DNA of 64,000 nt. Source: Oceanispirochaeta sp. (GTDB taxonomy: Bacteria > Spirochaetota > Spirochaetia > DSM-2461). Of the stretch, positions 9,301 through 18,596 are shown piece by piece (the first letter of the stretch is position 1; every line of letters begins with the position of its first letter). The notes under the pieces were generated by a model that was not told the origin of the DNA, searched no databases, and was given only the letters and a program-made list of their open reading frames with translations. The stretch lies in contig CAXXOA010000001.1 of NCBI GenBank assembly GCA_963666275.2, forward strand, positions 1,152,001 through 1,216,000. Reading direction: 5' to 3'. The position numbers and the translations under genes are program-made.

Positions 9301-10029
9301 TACCAGCCGGTCTCCCTGGAGGAGAACAGGACCGCTTCCACCCTTCAGCCCCGGGGAGGAGTGGATGTGAACTGGAAACAGGATTTTCTGACAGCATCGG
9401 GTATCTATACCTATGAACTGGAGGATGATTCCCTCTTTGAGGGAAGGAATCTCACAACGGTTCATGCCCTGGATCTGTCGGCGGATACCTACTTTCCCCT
9501 GGCAGACAAAGAGAGTCTGGGGCCCGTTACGACCAGGACCTTCGGCTCTTTGAAAGTTCTGAACAGTGAAGATGCTGTTCAGGGAAATCGCGTCTATCAG
9601 ATTGTTCAGGAAGCGTCTTTGGGATACACCCTGTCGGAAAAACCCTCTTTCAGAATTACAGGAAACGGGCTTTTCAATTTTGAAAACAGCAGCGAGACCC
9701 CTGTGACTGACTACTATGCGCCGGAAGATGTCTTTGAACTGAAAGGCGGACTCAGAGGGACCCTGGGGGTTCATAACGCCTCGTATACGGAAAATCTGGA
9801 ACTCAGTCTCTACGGCAGCGGCGGATCCTACTGGTCCGGTGGAGGGGATCCTTCCCTGAAACTGGAGGGACAGTTCAGCGTCTATTATGTGAAGGATACG
9901 ATGATGCTCTATCTGATTGCCGGAACGAACGGGACCTTTACGGACGGAATATCCGAGGCTCCCGGATACTGGGAGGTTTCGGCGACTCTGGGCTGCCGCC
10001 TGAATGTGCCTTCACTTCTGGTGCCCTGA
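6319..10029 (+). CDS. Large exported TPR protein with CBM-like N-domain and beta-rich C-terminus (candidate PelB analogue)
   Basis: Signal peptide (...GTLFS/QES); beta-sandwich motifs IEGED...LEEGVHTLRF...LD; many TPRs; coiled coil; C-terminal ~350 aa of alternating aromatic/Gly beta-strands; GGAG SD before ATG 6319. Confidence 0.7.
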   Translation: MVKNIYIRSGMVWGMLFLLFTPGTLFSQESAGTGTEEQDGAQMIPKASAVKLTPVFPDAEEGLIYIEGEDAVSTNFATSPVYNYGASSYRSLQLIQQNSPYGGQAYYAEYAFYVKEPGEYAFWYGGTPTGPKEDIFPSYASPFRYLLDNQEPVEVYRENQSVVQAYTPSYYWNEIGTLTLEEGVHTLRFEVSEKRRFDGQFYFFLDAFFFLKTERMEEELTLVPPVFPSARTDRSIDNPFQSIAFYENIIQENPGNKNAYIVLSMVYSLLGDYLNAIRNLNSAINLDGEDPYPLLLMAKNRIWNGEVTTGLNLYRQLVTLAPDNPAYWAEAGKVAAWTGKYRDSIDFFTRGLEIFPDDLNLMVNLGLTYLWMSRGEEAENLFQEAMDSVEGDHDRVMDLGQIHELSGYPQNAVEIYAREIARAPEFLETYLALEKSYRSAGDRDKAARVIELIYDSFEESPAFVSYMNVYEQQVQLKQSILDNYREELETNPDNISLRQELAQTYFWNGLKEEAVDESLRILVNKMFLLFRDFDTQARELLETRDTLAYRSREFAELDETYEKEMDQLESLFDSYIKTGESLKKKPDDPELAVQLENLSLTLSEAFLRAESRNRELEAFKERLEDLQIRWNALSTEQTREEELFRQLLGDLEWSWDRDFTKAELQQVQRNEPFLSGYIQGRLAMIEGRNTTAVRFLDQQVFSDSPFARYGLYQSLLWMGDEEGRKAMWENEADVLTLYRQNLFDLEASGISTDDSGAFYIPREEDILLLSETAAREAAEFDQYRSVLQQLEQEVLMSLDAKLNRQIYNLEQDTYRLRYELGDYYLDMGENLKASLQYDRVLAMDPWNISANYKLGVVSQRYGNWYRAMQQYRKVYYHNPLYENAASYYNQLARAHADTVHITAQNITDPSRISHQGKADYTRNITDRLGWGFSYQMDVDSLYRTYGTEDPSSFKLQTLDLKVPLTFPLWDLQVTPFGGFHLFNRFFGSSYDFNPYQPVSLEENRTASTLQPRGGVDVNWKQDFLTASGIYTYELEDDSLFEGRNLTTVHALDLSADTYFPLADKESLGPVTTRTFGSLKVLNSEDAVQGNRVYQIVQEASLGYTLSEKPSFRITGNGLFNFENSSETPVTDYYAPEDVFELKGGLRGTLGVHNASYTENLELSLYGSGGSYWSGGGDPSLKLEGQFSVYYVKDTMMLYLIAGTNGTFTDGISEAPGYWEVSATLGCRLNVPSLLVP

Positions 10030-10060
10030 ATCACAGGATAGAGGGGATACGGGGGATGTT

Positions 10061-10912
10061 TCAGATACGGAAGAGGCTTCGGCACTCCTGAAAAAGGGCA
10101 TCCTCTTTCAGGTCCTCAAGGAATCTCTCATGGAAATAGTCCAGCTGTTCCATTTTTATGCCGCTGTAGAGAAGATAGGGTTCCAGAGCCTGATGATCCT
10201 CTTCTGAAAAAGCCACGCTGTGGAGCAGAGTGGAGAGCATATCGGCTATGGTTATCAGAACAATCAGTTCCTTGTGGGAGGACTGGATATTGATGTTTCC
10301 GTGTTCTCCCGCCACATCCGCATAGAGACTGGGGAAATTCCAGCTGTTCATTACCTCTCTGCCCAGAGTGAGATGATCCATTCCGAAGATCCGGATCTCT
10401 TCCCGGCACATGTCATGCTCGTTGGGGCTGCCCAGGTTTATAATGATCTCATACCCCTCGGGCTTGCTCTCATGGAGGACGATCTGTCCGATGTCATGGA
10501 GGAGTCCTGCCAGGAAGGCTTCCTCTTTCAGCCGGCTCAGCCCGGAAATCTCAGAAAGTTTCCGGGCAATGAAGGCTGTGATGATTGAGTGCTGCCAGAA
10601 GTGTTTGTAAAAGGAGGAACTGCTTTTTTTCTGGAACATATTGGATGCGGTTATAAGCATCACCAGGCTTTTGATGGCTTTGAAGCCCATCAGGGAAATG
10701 GCCGTCTGCAAACGGGTTATCTGCTGCTGTCTTGCATAGAGGGCCGAGTTGGCCACTTTGAGAACTTTGGCGGTGAGGCCGGGATCCAGGCTTATCAGAT
10801 CTTCCAGTTCTGAAAAAGAGACATCTTCCAGATCTTCCGCATAGGTGAGGATCTTAGCGGCCACGTCAGGCATCACCGGAATGATTTTTAAAATTTTGTC
10901 GTACTGTCCCAT
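10061..10912 (-). CDS. HDOD domain protein
   Basis: DPGLTAKVLKVANSA, FWQHS, AGLLHDIG, DH...G..W.FP motifs. Confidence 0.92.
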   Translation of the reverse strand: MGQYDKILKIIPVMPDVAAKILTYAEDLEDVSFSELEDLISLDPGLTAKVLKVANSALYARQQQITRLQTAISLMGFKAIKSLVMLITASNMFQKKSSSSFYKHFWQHSIITAFIARKLSEISGLSRLKEEAFLAGLLHDIGQIVLHESKPEGYEIIINLGSPNEHDMCREEIRIFGMDHLTLGREVMNSWNFPSLYADVAGEHGNINIQSSHKELIVLITIADMLSTLLHSVAFSEEDHQALEPYLLYSGIKMEQLDYFHERFLEDLKEDALFQECRSLFRI

Positions 10913-11017
10913 TTGAATAAAAACCGTTTCATTTATAGAATAAAGTTGTTAAAATTATATACAGGAATTGAATTGATACAATAAAAAGAATATGGTTTTT
11001 CTGTGAGGAGAAAGTTG

Positions 11018-12016
11018 ATGGCAGATGTAAAATGGGGTGTCTTGAGTACGGCTAAGATTGGAATGAAGCAGGTGATTCCCGGAATCCAGGGATCCAGGGG
11101 AAATACTGTGCATGCCATTGCCTCCCGGAATGCCGCAGCGGCTGCCGAAGCCGCAGCCGAGGCGGGAATTCCCGTTTCCTACGGCAGTTATGAGGAGCTT
11201 CTGGCCGATTCTGATATTGAGGTTGTCTATATTCCGCTGCCCAATCATATGCATGTCGAGTGGAGCATTAAGGCCATGGAAGCGGGAAAACATGTCCTGT
11301 GTGAGAAGCCTCTGGCCCTGAATCAGGAGGATCTTCAGAAACTGATGGATGTGAGCAGAAAAACTGGAATGGTGATTCAGGAAGCCTTCATGGTCAAACA
11401 CCATCCCCAGTGGAAAACTGCAAAGAAAATTGCCGGTGACGGGACTCTGGGTGAGTTGAAAGCCATTCAGGGTATTTTTGCCTATTACAATGTTGATGAG
11501 GGAAATATAAGGAATATTCCCGAGTACGGCGGAGGCGGTATCTGGGATATCGGCTGTTATCCCGTAGTCACTTCCCGGTATATCTTCGGTGAAGAGCCTT
11601 TAAAGATCTGTTCCATGGTGGAATATGATCCCGTAATGAGGATCGACAGGCTGGCTTCGGTTATGATGCAGTTTCCTTCGGGCCAGGCATCCTTTATCTG
11701 TTCTACCCAGATGGTGGGAACCCAGACAATGGAGCTTCTGGGAACAGAAGGCCGTCTGCAGGTGGAGATCCCCTTCAACGCACCGCCGGATAAACCCTGT
11801 CATATTTTCCTTTCCAAGGGAGAGTTCTATCAGGACCAGTGGCAGCTCCTGGACTTTGATATCTGCAACCAGTACGGTCTGGAGGCGGAATCCATGGTCA
11901 GAACCATCCGGGGAGAAGAAGAGTCTGTCATGTCCCTGGAGGACTCCCTGAATAATCTGAAAGCTCTGGAAGCGATCTTCCGTTCCGCCGGATCCGGAGC
12001 CTGGGAAGAGGTCTGA
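11018..12016 (+). CDS. Gfo/Idh/MocA family oxidoreductase
   Basis: WGVLSTAKIG, VYIPLPNHMH, KHVLCEKP, GGGIWDIGCY; AGGAG SD. Confidence 0.92.
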   Translation: MADVKWGVLSTAKIGMKQVIPGIQGSRGNTVHAIASRNAAAAAEAAAEAGIPVSYGSYEELLADSDIEVVYIPLPNHMHVEWSIKAMEAGKHVLCEKPLALNQEDLQKLMDVSRKTGMVIQEAFMVKHHPQWKTAKKIAGDGTLGELKAIQGIFAYYNVDEGNIRNIPEYGGGGIWDIGCYPVVTSRYIFGEEPLKICSMVEYDPVMRIDRLASVMMQFPSGQASFICSTQMVGTQTMELLGTEGRLQVEIPFNAPPDKPCHIFLSKGEFYQDQWQLLDFDICNQYGLEAESMVRTIRGEEESVMSLEDSLNNLKALEAIFRSAGSGAWEEV

Positions 12017-12138
12017 ATCGGGAAAAGATGTTTTCTTTAAATTGAATTTTTTGTTAATACGCATTATGTTCTAATTGAGTTCTGGATTACTATTAAAAAA
12101 TATATGTTAAAATTTTGTCTGCTTAAGGAGATTTGAAA

Positions 12139-12423
12139 TTGATTAAACACGTGGTTATGTGGAAATTGAAAGATCCTACCAAAGCCGCAGGGCTTAAGAA
12201 TGCTATTCTGGGTATGAAAGGTAAAGTTCCTTCTCTGATCGATATTGAGTGCGGGGTCAACTTCACTGAAGGCGATGCCGCCTGTGATCTGGTACTTATT
12301 TCTACCCATGAGAGCCGGGAAGCCCTGGATATCTATCAGGCGGATCCTGTTCATGGCGAGGTAAAGAAACTTGTAGGTCCCGAAGCGGCATCCCGTCATG
12401 TTGCTGATTTTGAGATGGGCTGA
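12139..12423 (+). CDS. Dabb family stress-responsive A/B barrel protein
   Basis: IKHVVMWK...Y..DPVH...DF pattern; AAGGAG SD before TTG. Confidence 0.85.
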   Translation: MIKHVVMWKLKDPTKAAGLKNAILGMKGKVPSLIDIECGVNFTEGDAACDLVLISTHESREALDIYQADPVHGEVKKLVGPEAASRHVADFEMG

Positions 12424-12453
12424 GTCGGGAGTATTGTCTAAACAGGAAGATAT

Positions 12454-13686
12454 ATGAAAGAGGAAAGACTGGATAAAATCCTTAAGATTGACCAGGATCT
12501 TAACCAGACTCAGGACCTGGATCTCATTCTGGAAAGGATTTTATCCTATGCCAGAGAAGCGGTTTCTGCAGACGCCGGTTCCATCTATATCATGGATGGC
12601 AATGAGCTCGAAATCCGCTACTCCCAGAATGAAACTCTCCAGAAGAAGCTTCCCCCGGGAAAAAAACTCATTTATTCCATTTTCAGAATTCCCATTAATG
12701 AAAAAACCATTTCAGGCTACGTTGCGGATCACGGAACCCATGTGAACTGTCCCGATATGTATAATATCCCGGAGAGCTGTCCCTACAGTTTCAGTACCCA
12801 TTATGATGATATTTCAGGATATAAAACTGTCTCCTCCCTGACCTTCCCCCTGAAAACCAATCAGGGTGAGGTCCTGGGGGTTCTGCAGCTGCTGAACTCT
12901 AAAGACAGCCAGGGGAATGTGGTTCCTTTTCTGAAAGAGGATGAACCCTTTGTCCTTCACTTTGCCAGTACGGCCACAGTGGCTCTTCAGAGAGCCAAAA
13001 TGACACGTACGCTCCTTTTAAGGATGATACAGATGGCAGAGCTGCGGGATCCCAAGGAAACGGGAGCCCATGTTAACAGGGTGGGGTCCTTTGCCTGTGA
13101 GATCTATGAGGCCTGGGCTGTGAAAAAAAAGTATTCCACAGACAGGATCGAGAAAGAGAAAGACATTCTCAGAATGGCTTCCATGCTCCACGACGTGGGA
13201 AAAGTGGGTATCTCCGATCTGATTCTCAAAAAACCGGCCAGGTTCAATGAGGACGAGTATAAAATTATGCAGTCCCATACCTATATTGGTGCCCGTCTTT
13301 TTGACAATAAAGAGTCCGAACTGGATCTGATTGCCAGGGATATTGCCCTGAGGCATCATGAAAACTGGGACGGAACTGGTTATCCCGGAAAGATCGAGTG
13401 GCAGGAATACAAGACCATGGAAGAACAGTCCATCGGGGGTGCTGAAAAACCCGAAGGTCTCAAAGGGGAGGAAATACCCCTGTTTGCCCGGATTGTTGCC
13501 ATTGCGGATGTCTTTGATGCCCTTTCGTCCAAAAGGGTCTATAAAGAGGCCTGGACAGAAGATGATGTTATCAATGAGATCAGAAGGACCAGGGGAACCA
13601 AATTCGATCCCGAACTGGTGGATATCTTTTTAGAGATCCTTCCGGTGCTGCGTCATATTCAGGAAAGATACCCGGATATTGAGTAA
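12454..13686 (+). CDS. GAF + HD-GYP c-di-GMP phosphodiesterase
   Basis: GAF N-domain; ETGAHVNRV, LHDVGK, HHENWDGTGYP, ARIVAIADVFDAL. Confidence 0.92.
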   Translation: MKEERLDKILKIDQDLNQTQDLDLILERILSYAREAVSADAGSIYIMDGNELEIRYSQNETLQKKLPPGKKLIYSIFRIPINEKTISGYVADHGTHVNCPDMYNIPESCPYSFSTHYDDISGYKTVSSLTFPLKTNQGEVLGVLQLLNSKDSQGNVVPFLKEDEPFVLHFASTATVALQRAKMTRTLLLRMIQMAELRDPKETGAHVNRVGSFACEIYEAWAVKKKYSTDRIEKEKDILRMASMLHDVGKVGISDLILKKPARFNEDEYKIMQSHTYIGARLFDNKESELDLIARDIALRHHENWDGTGYPGKIEWQEYKTMEEQSIGGAEKPEGLKGEEIPLFARIVAIADVFDALSSKRVYKEAWTEDDVINEIRRTRGTKFDPELVDIFLEILPVLRHIQERYPDIE

Positions 13687-14647
13687 AAAAGAATCTGTCA
13701 GATCCATAACAATCTCACTTGCCCCTCTGGAAGGAGTGACCGACCGTGTTTACCGATCCTGTTTCTACAGGCATTTCGGAGGCCTGGATGCGGCTCTCAC
13801 TCCGTTCCTTCCGGTCCCAGATCACGTCAAAAGGGTCCCCGCCCGGGTGTTTGCCGATGTGGCTCTTCCCGGGGAGGAGCCCGTTTCCGAGATTCCCCAG
13901 GTGCTTGTCTCCCGGGAGGAGTCCTTCCTGACTGTGGGAAAAGCCCTGGAGAAGGCCGGTTACAGGGAGGTCAACTGGAATCTGGGCTGCCCCTCTAAAG
14001 GGGTGGTCAGAAAAAGGAAAGGCTCCGGCCTGATGCCCTATACGGATCAGATTCAGGCTGTTCTGGACAGGGCTCTTTCAGAACTGAATCTGGAAATATC
14101 CCTCAAGATCCGGACGGGATTTGATTCTCCCCTGGATTCCCATCGCCTTCTGAAGGCTTTGAAGGGATACCCCCTGAAGGAAATTATCTGCCATCCCCGC
14201 CTGGGGGTGGATATGTACAGAGGGACTCCCGATCTGGAACAGTTTGCCCGGCTGGCGGAAATTGCAGACCATCCTCTCGTTTACAACGGGGACATCAACT
14301 CAGTTGAGGACTATAGGCGTCTGAAAGAAAAATTTTCCTTCATCGACCGCTGGATGATAGGACGGGGACTCCTGAGAGATCCCTTCCTGGCGGAGAAAAT
14401 CCGTTCGGGAACCGATGATTCCGCATCTTCCCCTGAAGAGGATACCCGGTTCCGGGAATTCCTCATCCATCTGATGGAAGGGTACAGGGATACCATCACT
14501 CTTGAGAAAAACAGAGTCAGCTGGATGAAGGGGATTGTGCATTTCTCCCTGATCAGGAAAGAGGGGGAAGAGAGTTTGAGGGATAGCTTAAAACGTGTTC
14601 ATACGGAAAAAGATTTTTTTCAGTTTCTGGACAGACTTTTTCAGTGA
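13679..14647 (+). CDS. tRNA-dihydrouridine synthase family protein
   Basis: LAPLEGVTD, NWNLGCPS, SLKIRTG, HPR, YNGDI, MIGRG. Confidence 0.9.
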   Translation: MSKKESVRSITISLAPLEGVTDRVYRSCFYRHFGGLDAALTPFLPVPDHVKRVPARVFADVALPGEEPVSEIPQVLVSREESFLTVGKALEKAGYREVNWNLGCPSKGVVRKRKGSGLMPYTDQIQAVLDRALSELNLEISLKIRTGFDSPLDSHRLLKALKGYPLKEIICHPRLGVDMYRGTPDLEQFARLAEIADHPLVYNGDINSVEDYRRLKEKFSFIDRWMIGRGLLRDPFLAEKIRSGTDDSASSPEEDTRFREFLIHLMEGYRDTITLEKNRVSWMKGIVHFSLIRKEGEESLRDSLKRVHTEKDFFQFLDRLFQ

Positions 14648-14688
14648 GCAGAAACCGGAGGTAAAAAAGCCAGGCAGGGCTGCCGGTT

Positions 14689-15030
14689 TCAATAGACCGC
14701 CCGGAGACCTTCTGCAAAAAGTTTTCCGCAGACTGTGAACATAGCATTGCTGGTTTTCATAAGGATAATATCGTTCTCTTCCGCCAGTCTGATCATGTTG
14801 GGTGTGATCTCTTTTTCTCTGACAAAAAGGATACAGGAGATATCTGCCATCTCTGCGGTTCTTATGGTCTGAATGTTGGCCAGTCCTGTAATCAGTATGG
14901 CATCATCCGCTTCAACCGTTAAAACATCACTCATCAGATCTGAACTGAAGGCCTGAATATAGTCCCTGTCATCAAGTTCACCGCTGATCAGTTTCGCCCC
15001 GGTTATCTCCATTATCTTGTCTAACTTCAT
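14689..15030 (-). CDS. Stand-alone DRTGG-type domain protein
   Basis: FSSDLMSDVL...LITGL.N.QTIRTAEMAD pattern; AGGAG SD. Confidence 0.8.
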   Translation of the reverse strand: MKLDKIMEITGAKLISGELDDRDYIQAFSSDLMSDVLTVEADDAILITGLANIQTIRTAEMADISCILFVREKEITPNMIRLAEENDIILMKTSNAMFTVCGKLFAEGLRAVY

Positions 15031-15418
15031 TCTTACTCCTGCTATTAGTTTAAATCATATAGATATTCTTTTACTTTTTCAATCTCTCCCGCATAGGATC
15101 TCTCTTTCAGCGCCGCCTTTTTTTAGCGGGTGATTCTTGCGTATTTTAAAAAAGTACGGTAATATTTTTGTACTATCCGGTATTTTTCCGGAATTCTTTC
15201 GCAAATTATCTATACAGCTGGCATTCAATAGGCTTCCCAGTCTTTTCGCCGGTACTAGACTACATAAGGCATCAGCCTGACTATCTACTTTTTAACAGCC
15301 CGGCTGTTTATTTCCTACTCCCGTAAAGGTCGTAGATGCAACACGTCCGTTTTCCGGAGCTCCGGGATATTTGGCAAATTCTGGATGAATATCCATTGAA
15401 TATACAATTTTTGGAGGA

Positions 15419-16414
15419 ATGAAAATGAAAAAGACTATGATTCTCTTAATGGTCCTTCTGACTGCTTTAACAGGTGCTCTTTCGGCATCCGGTCAGTCAG
15501 AGGGAGACGGAGCACCCAAAAGAACCTTCGTAACCATTGGAACCGGCGGAGTTACCGGAGTGTATTATCCTACCGGCGGTGCTATCAGTAAAATGGTTAA
15601 CCAGAAATACGATGAATACGGAATCAAGGCAACTGTTGAATCAACAGCAGGATCAGTTTTCAATGTAAATGCGATCCTTTCAGGAGATCTTGAATTCGGT
15701 ATTGTCCAGTCTGACAGACAGTTTCAGGCCTATAACGGAACCGCTGACTGGGAAGATGCGGGTGCTCAGGAAAAGCTGAGAGCTGTTTTTTCCATCCATC
15801 CCGAATCTGTTACTCTTCTGGCGGCAGATGATTCCGGCATTGACAGTTTTGAAGATATCAGGGGAAAGGTTATTAATATCGGCAACCCCGGTTCCGGACA
15901 GAGAGGAAATGCGATCGATATCATGGAAGCCTATGGAATTGACTGGGAAAATGATATCAACGCTGAAAGCCTGAAAGCTTCCGAAGCAGCCAAAATGCTG
16001 CAGGACGGAAGAATCGATGCCTATTTCTACACAGTAGGACATCCCAACGGTTCTTTCAAAGAAGCCACTTCCGGAGCACGGAAAGCGCATTTTGTTCCTA
16101 TTACAGAAATTGACGGACTCCTGGCCAAGTTTCCCTACTATGCCGCATCCTTCATTCCCGTAAGCGAATATCCCAATGCTACCAACTCTGCTGACGTGGA
16201 TACCTTCGGAGTAAAAGCGACTCTCTGTACATCTGCGGATGTTCCCGATGAAGTTGTTTATGCCATCACAAAAGAAGTATTTGAAAATCTGGATGATTTC
16301 AAAAAACTCCACCCGGCATTTGCAGTTCTCACAGCCGAGAGCATGCTGACCGGTCTTTCTGCTCCCATTCACGACGGGGCCATGAAATACTTCAAGGAAG
16401 TTGGTCTGAAATAG
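15419..16414 (+). CDS. TAXI family TRAP solute-binding protein
   Basis: IGTGGVTGVYYPTGG, STAGSVFN, QSD, GNPGSGQR, PIHDGA. Confidence 0.93.
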   Translation: MKMKKTMILLMVLLTALTGALSASGQSEGDGAPKRTFVTIGTGGVTGVYYPTGGAISKMVNQKYDEYGIKATVESTAGSVFNVNAILSGDLEFGIVQSDRQFQAYNGTADWEDAGAQEKLRAVFSIHPESVTLLAADDSGIDSFEDIRGKVINIGNPGSGQRGNAIDIMEAYGIDWENDINAESLKASEAAKMLQDGRIDAYFYTVGHPNGSFKEATSGARKAHFVPITEIDGLLAKFPYYAASFIPVSEYPNATNSADVDTFGVKATLCTSADVPDEVVYAITKEVFENLDDFKKLHPAFAVLTAESMLTGLSAPIHDGAMKYFKEVGLK

Positions 16415-16437
16415 GCCGAAGCTTTCGGAAAAGCTGA

Positions 16438-16460
16438 ACCGGAGGAGTTTCTCCTCCGGT
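16438..16460 (+). terminator. Stem-loop after the TAXI SBP gene (attenuator or mRNA stabiliser)
   Basis: ACCGGAGGAG-TTT-CTCCTCCGGT perfect 10-bp stem; weak U-tract. Confidence 0.6.
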
Positions 16461-16484
16461 ATTATAATTACAAAAGGATCTATT

Positions 16485-18563
16485 ATGTTAAAAGAACTGG
16501 AAACCGAACAGAATGATGCGGATCTGGAAAAAGCACAGAAAATTGTCGATGAAGCGGAAGGGGGAACCAGAGATGTCTCTGCCGGATTGTCCCGCTGGCT
16601 TATCCCTGTGATCGCAGTATCCTGGTCTGTTTTTCAGCTGCTGATTTCTTCAGTGATTCTCATGGAGAGCACTATTGTCAGAGCTATTCATCTGGCATTT
16701 TCCATCTGTCTGGTTTTTCTCAGCCATCCCTTATTTAAAAAACCGAAAAAAAACCGTTTTCTCAATTATTTTGCCAACACCGACCGCTATTCGGCGGTTG
16801 ATATCATAGTAACCATCGGCGCCACGCTTCTGGCCCTCTACATCGCTATCGATTACGTGGGAATCAGCGGCAGACAGGGGGCTCCCATATTCAGGGATAT
16901 CCTGTTCGGCTTTATTCTGGTTATACTTCTCCTTGAAGCGGCCCGGAGATCTCTGGGACCGGCGCTTCCCATCGTTGCCATAATTTTTATCCTCTACAGT
17001 TTTTTCGGCCCCTATATGCCCTCTGTTCTGGCTTTCAAGGGAGTCTCCATAAAACGGTTCATCGGTCAGATAACCCTGGCAACAGAAGGGATCTACGGTG
17101 TTCCTCTGGATGTTTCGGCAACCATCGTGTTTCTGTTCGTTCTTTTCGGGGCCATGCTCGACAAGGCGGGGGCCGGTAAGTATTTTGTTGATCTGGCTTT
17201 CAGCCTGCTGGGGCGCTACAAGGGCGGTCCTGCCAAAGCAGCCGTTCTTGCCAGCGGTCTGACCGGTATGGTTTCGGGTTCCAGTATTGCCAATACGGTT
17301 ACCACGGGAACATTCACCATCCCTCTTATGAAAAGCGTCGGCTATCCGGCCCATAAAGCCGGAGCTGTCGAAGTAGCCTGCAGTACCAACGGTCAGCTCA
17401 TGCCTCCCATTATGGGGGCGGCGGCCTTTATAATTGCCGAATACTGTAATCTGGAGTATGTGGAAGTGATCAGAGCGGCTTTTATCCCCGCCGTGGTCTC
17501 CTACATAGCTCTTATGTATATTACTCACCTGGAAGCTTCCAAGCTGGGTCTGAAAGGGATTCCCAAAGAGGAACTGCCCCGGTTCTGGAACACCTTCATT
17601 AAGGGAGTTCATTTTCTCATTCCCCTGGTTTTTCTGATTGTGGAACTGGTTGTGTTCAGACACTCTCCCGCCCTGGCCGCTTTCCGGGCCATTATGGCTC
17701 TGGCTGTTCTGATTGTACTTCAGAACCTCTACAAAGCCAGGAAATCAGGCGGATCCTATGCAAAGGCCTTAAAACATGCGGTTTATCAGATCCTGACTTC
17801 CCTGGAAGCCGGCGGAAAAAATATGATGGGGATCGGTGTCGCCGTTGCGTCCGCCGGAATTATCGTCGGTGTCGTGACTCTGGGACTGGGTGGTATTATC
17901 ACCGAGGTCATTGAAGTCCTTTCGGGAGGGAATTTCCTTCTTATCCTGATTATCACAGCCATTGCCAGTCTGATCCTGGGGATGGGGCTGCCTACAACAG
18001 CCAACTATATTGTTATGGCTTCTCTGACAGCTCCAGTTATTCTCACATTGGGAGCGAAAAACGGTATTGTCATTCCTCTGATTGCAGCTCATCTGTTTGT
18101 ATTTTTCTTCGGAATTCTGGCCGATGATACCCCCCCTGTAGGCCTGGCAGCCTTTGCCGCTTCGGCCATAGCCAAATCCGATCCCATTAAAACGGGAATT
18201 CAGGGATTCACCTATGATATCAGAACAGCGATTCTGCCTTTCATGTTCATTTTCAATACGGATCTTCTTCTGATCGGAGTGGACAGTTTTTTCAGGGGGG
18301 TCTGGATCTTCATTGCCGCCCTGTTTGCCATGTTTGCCTTTGCAGCACTGACACAGGGATTTTTTGCCAGGAAAAACCGCTGGTATGAAGGAATCCTGCT
18401 GGCCCTTGTGGTTCTCACACTGCTGCGGCCCTATATGATCAGCTCCTTCCTGGGAGTTCCCGACCTGTCCATTATTGTGGTCAACCTTGCCGGTATGGCT
18501 CTTATGGTGGGAATCTATCTGATCCAGAGGATGCGCCCTGAAGGAAAAACCGCGGTGGGTTGA
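16485..18563 (+). CDS. TRAP transporter fused permease (4TM/12TM, DctQ-DctM)
   Basis: GGPAKAAV, SGSSIANT, GQLMPPIMGAAAF, GMGLPTTANY, DDTPPVG. Confidence 0.93.
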   Translation: MLKELETEQNDADLEKAQKIVDEAEGGTRDVSAGLSRWLIPVIAVSWSVFQLLISSVILMESTIVRAIHLAFSICLVFLSHPLFKKPKKNRFLNYFANTDRYSAVDIIVTIGATLLALYIAIDYVGISGRQGAPIFRDILFGFILVILLLEAARRSLGPALPIVAIIFILYSFFGPYMPSVLAFKGVSIKRFIGQITLATEGIYGVPLDVSATIVFLFVLFGAMLDKAGAGKYFVDLAFSLLGRYKGGPAKAAVLASGLTGMVSGSSIANTVTTGTFTIPLMKSVGYPAHKAGAVEVACSTNGQLMPPIMGAAAFIIAEYCNLEYVEVIRAAFIPAVVSYIALMYITHLEASKLGLKGIPKEELPRFWNTFIKGVHFLIPLVFLIVELVVFRHSPALAAFRAIMALAVLIVLQNLYKARKSGGSYAKALKHAVYQILTSLEAGGKNMMGIGVAVASAGIIVGVVTLGLGGIITEVIEVLSGGNFLLILIITAIASLILGMGLPTTANYIVMASLTAPVILTLGAKNGIVIPLIAAHLFVFFFGILADDTPPVGLAAFAASAIAKSDPIKTGIQGFTYDIRTAILPFMFIFNTDLLLIGVDSFFRGVWIFIAALFAMFAFAALTQGFFARKNRWYEGILLALVVLTLLRPYMISSFLGVPDLSIIVVNLAGMALMVGIYLIQRMRPEGKTAVG

Positions 18564-18596
18564 TACCCTGGGTAATAGTATTCTATTATTCACCTG

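Noticed and set aside
6553..9774. 324-aa and 448-aa minus-strand ORFs
   Set aside because: Shadows of the TPR/barrel gene
1184..15331. Shared 15-mer CTCCCGTAA(G/A)GGTCG at about 1184 and 15317
   Set aside because: Only two copies, opposite orientation relative to their genes, and one overlaps an SD; likely chance
15031..15418. Possible riboswitch or sigma54 promoter upstream of the TAXI operon
   Set aside because: No recognisable aptamer consensus; TGGCA lacks a proper TTGC at -12; an Rfam scan would be needed
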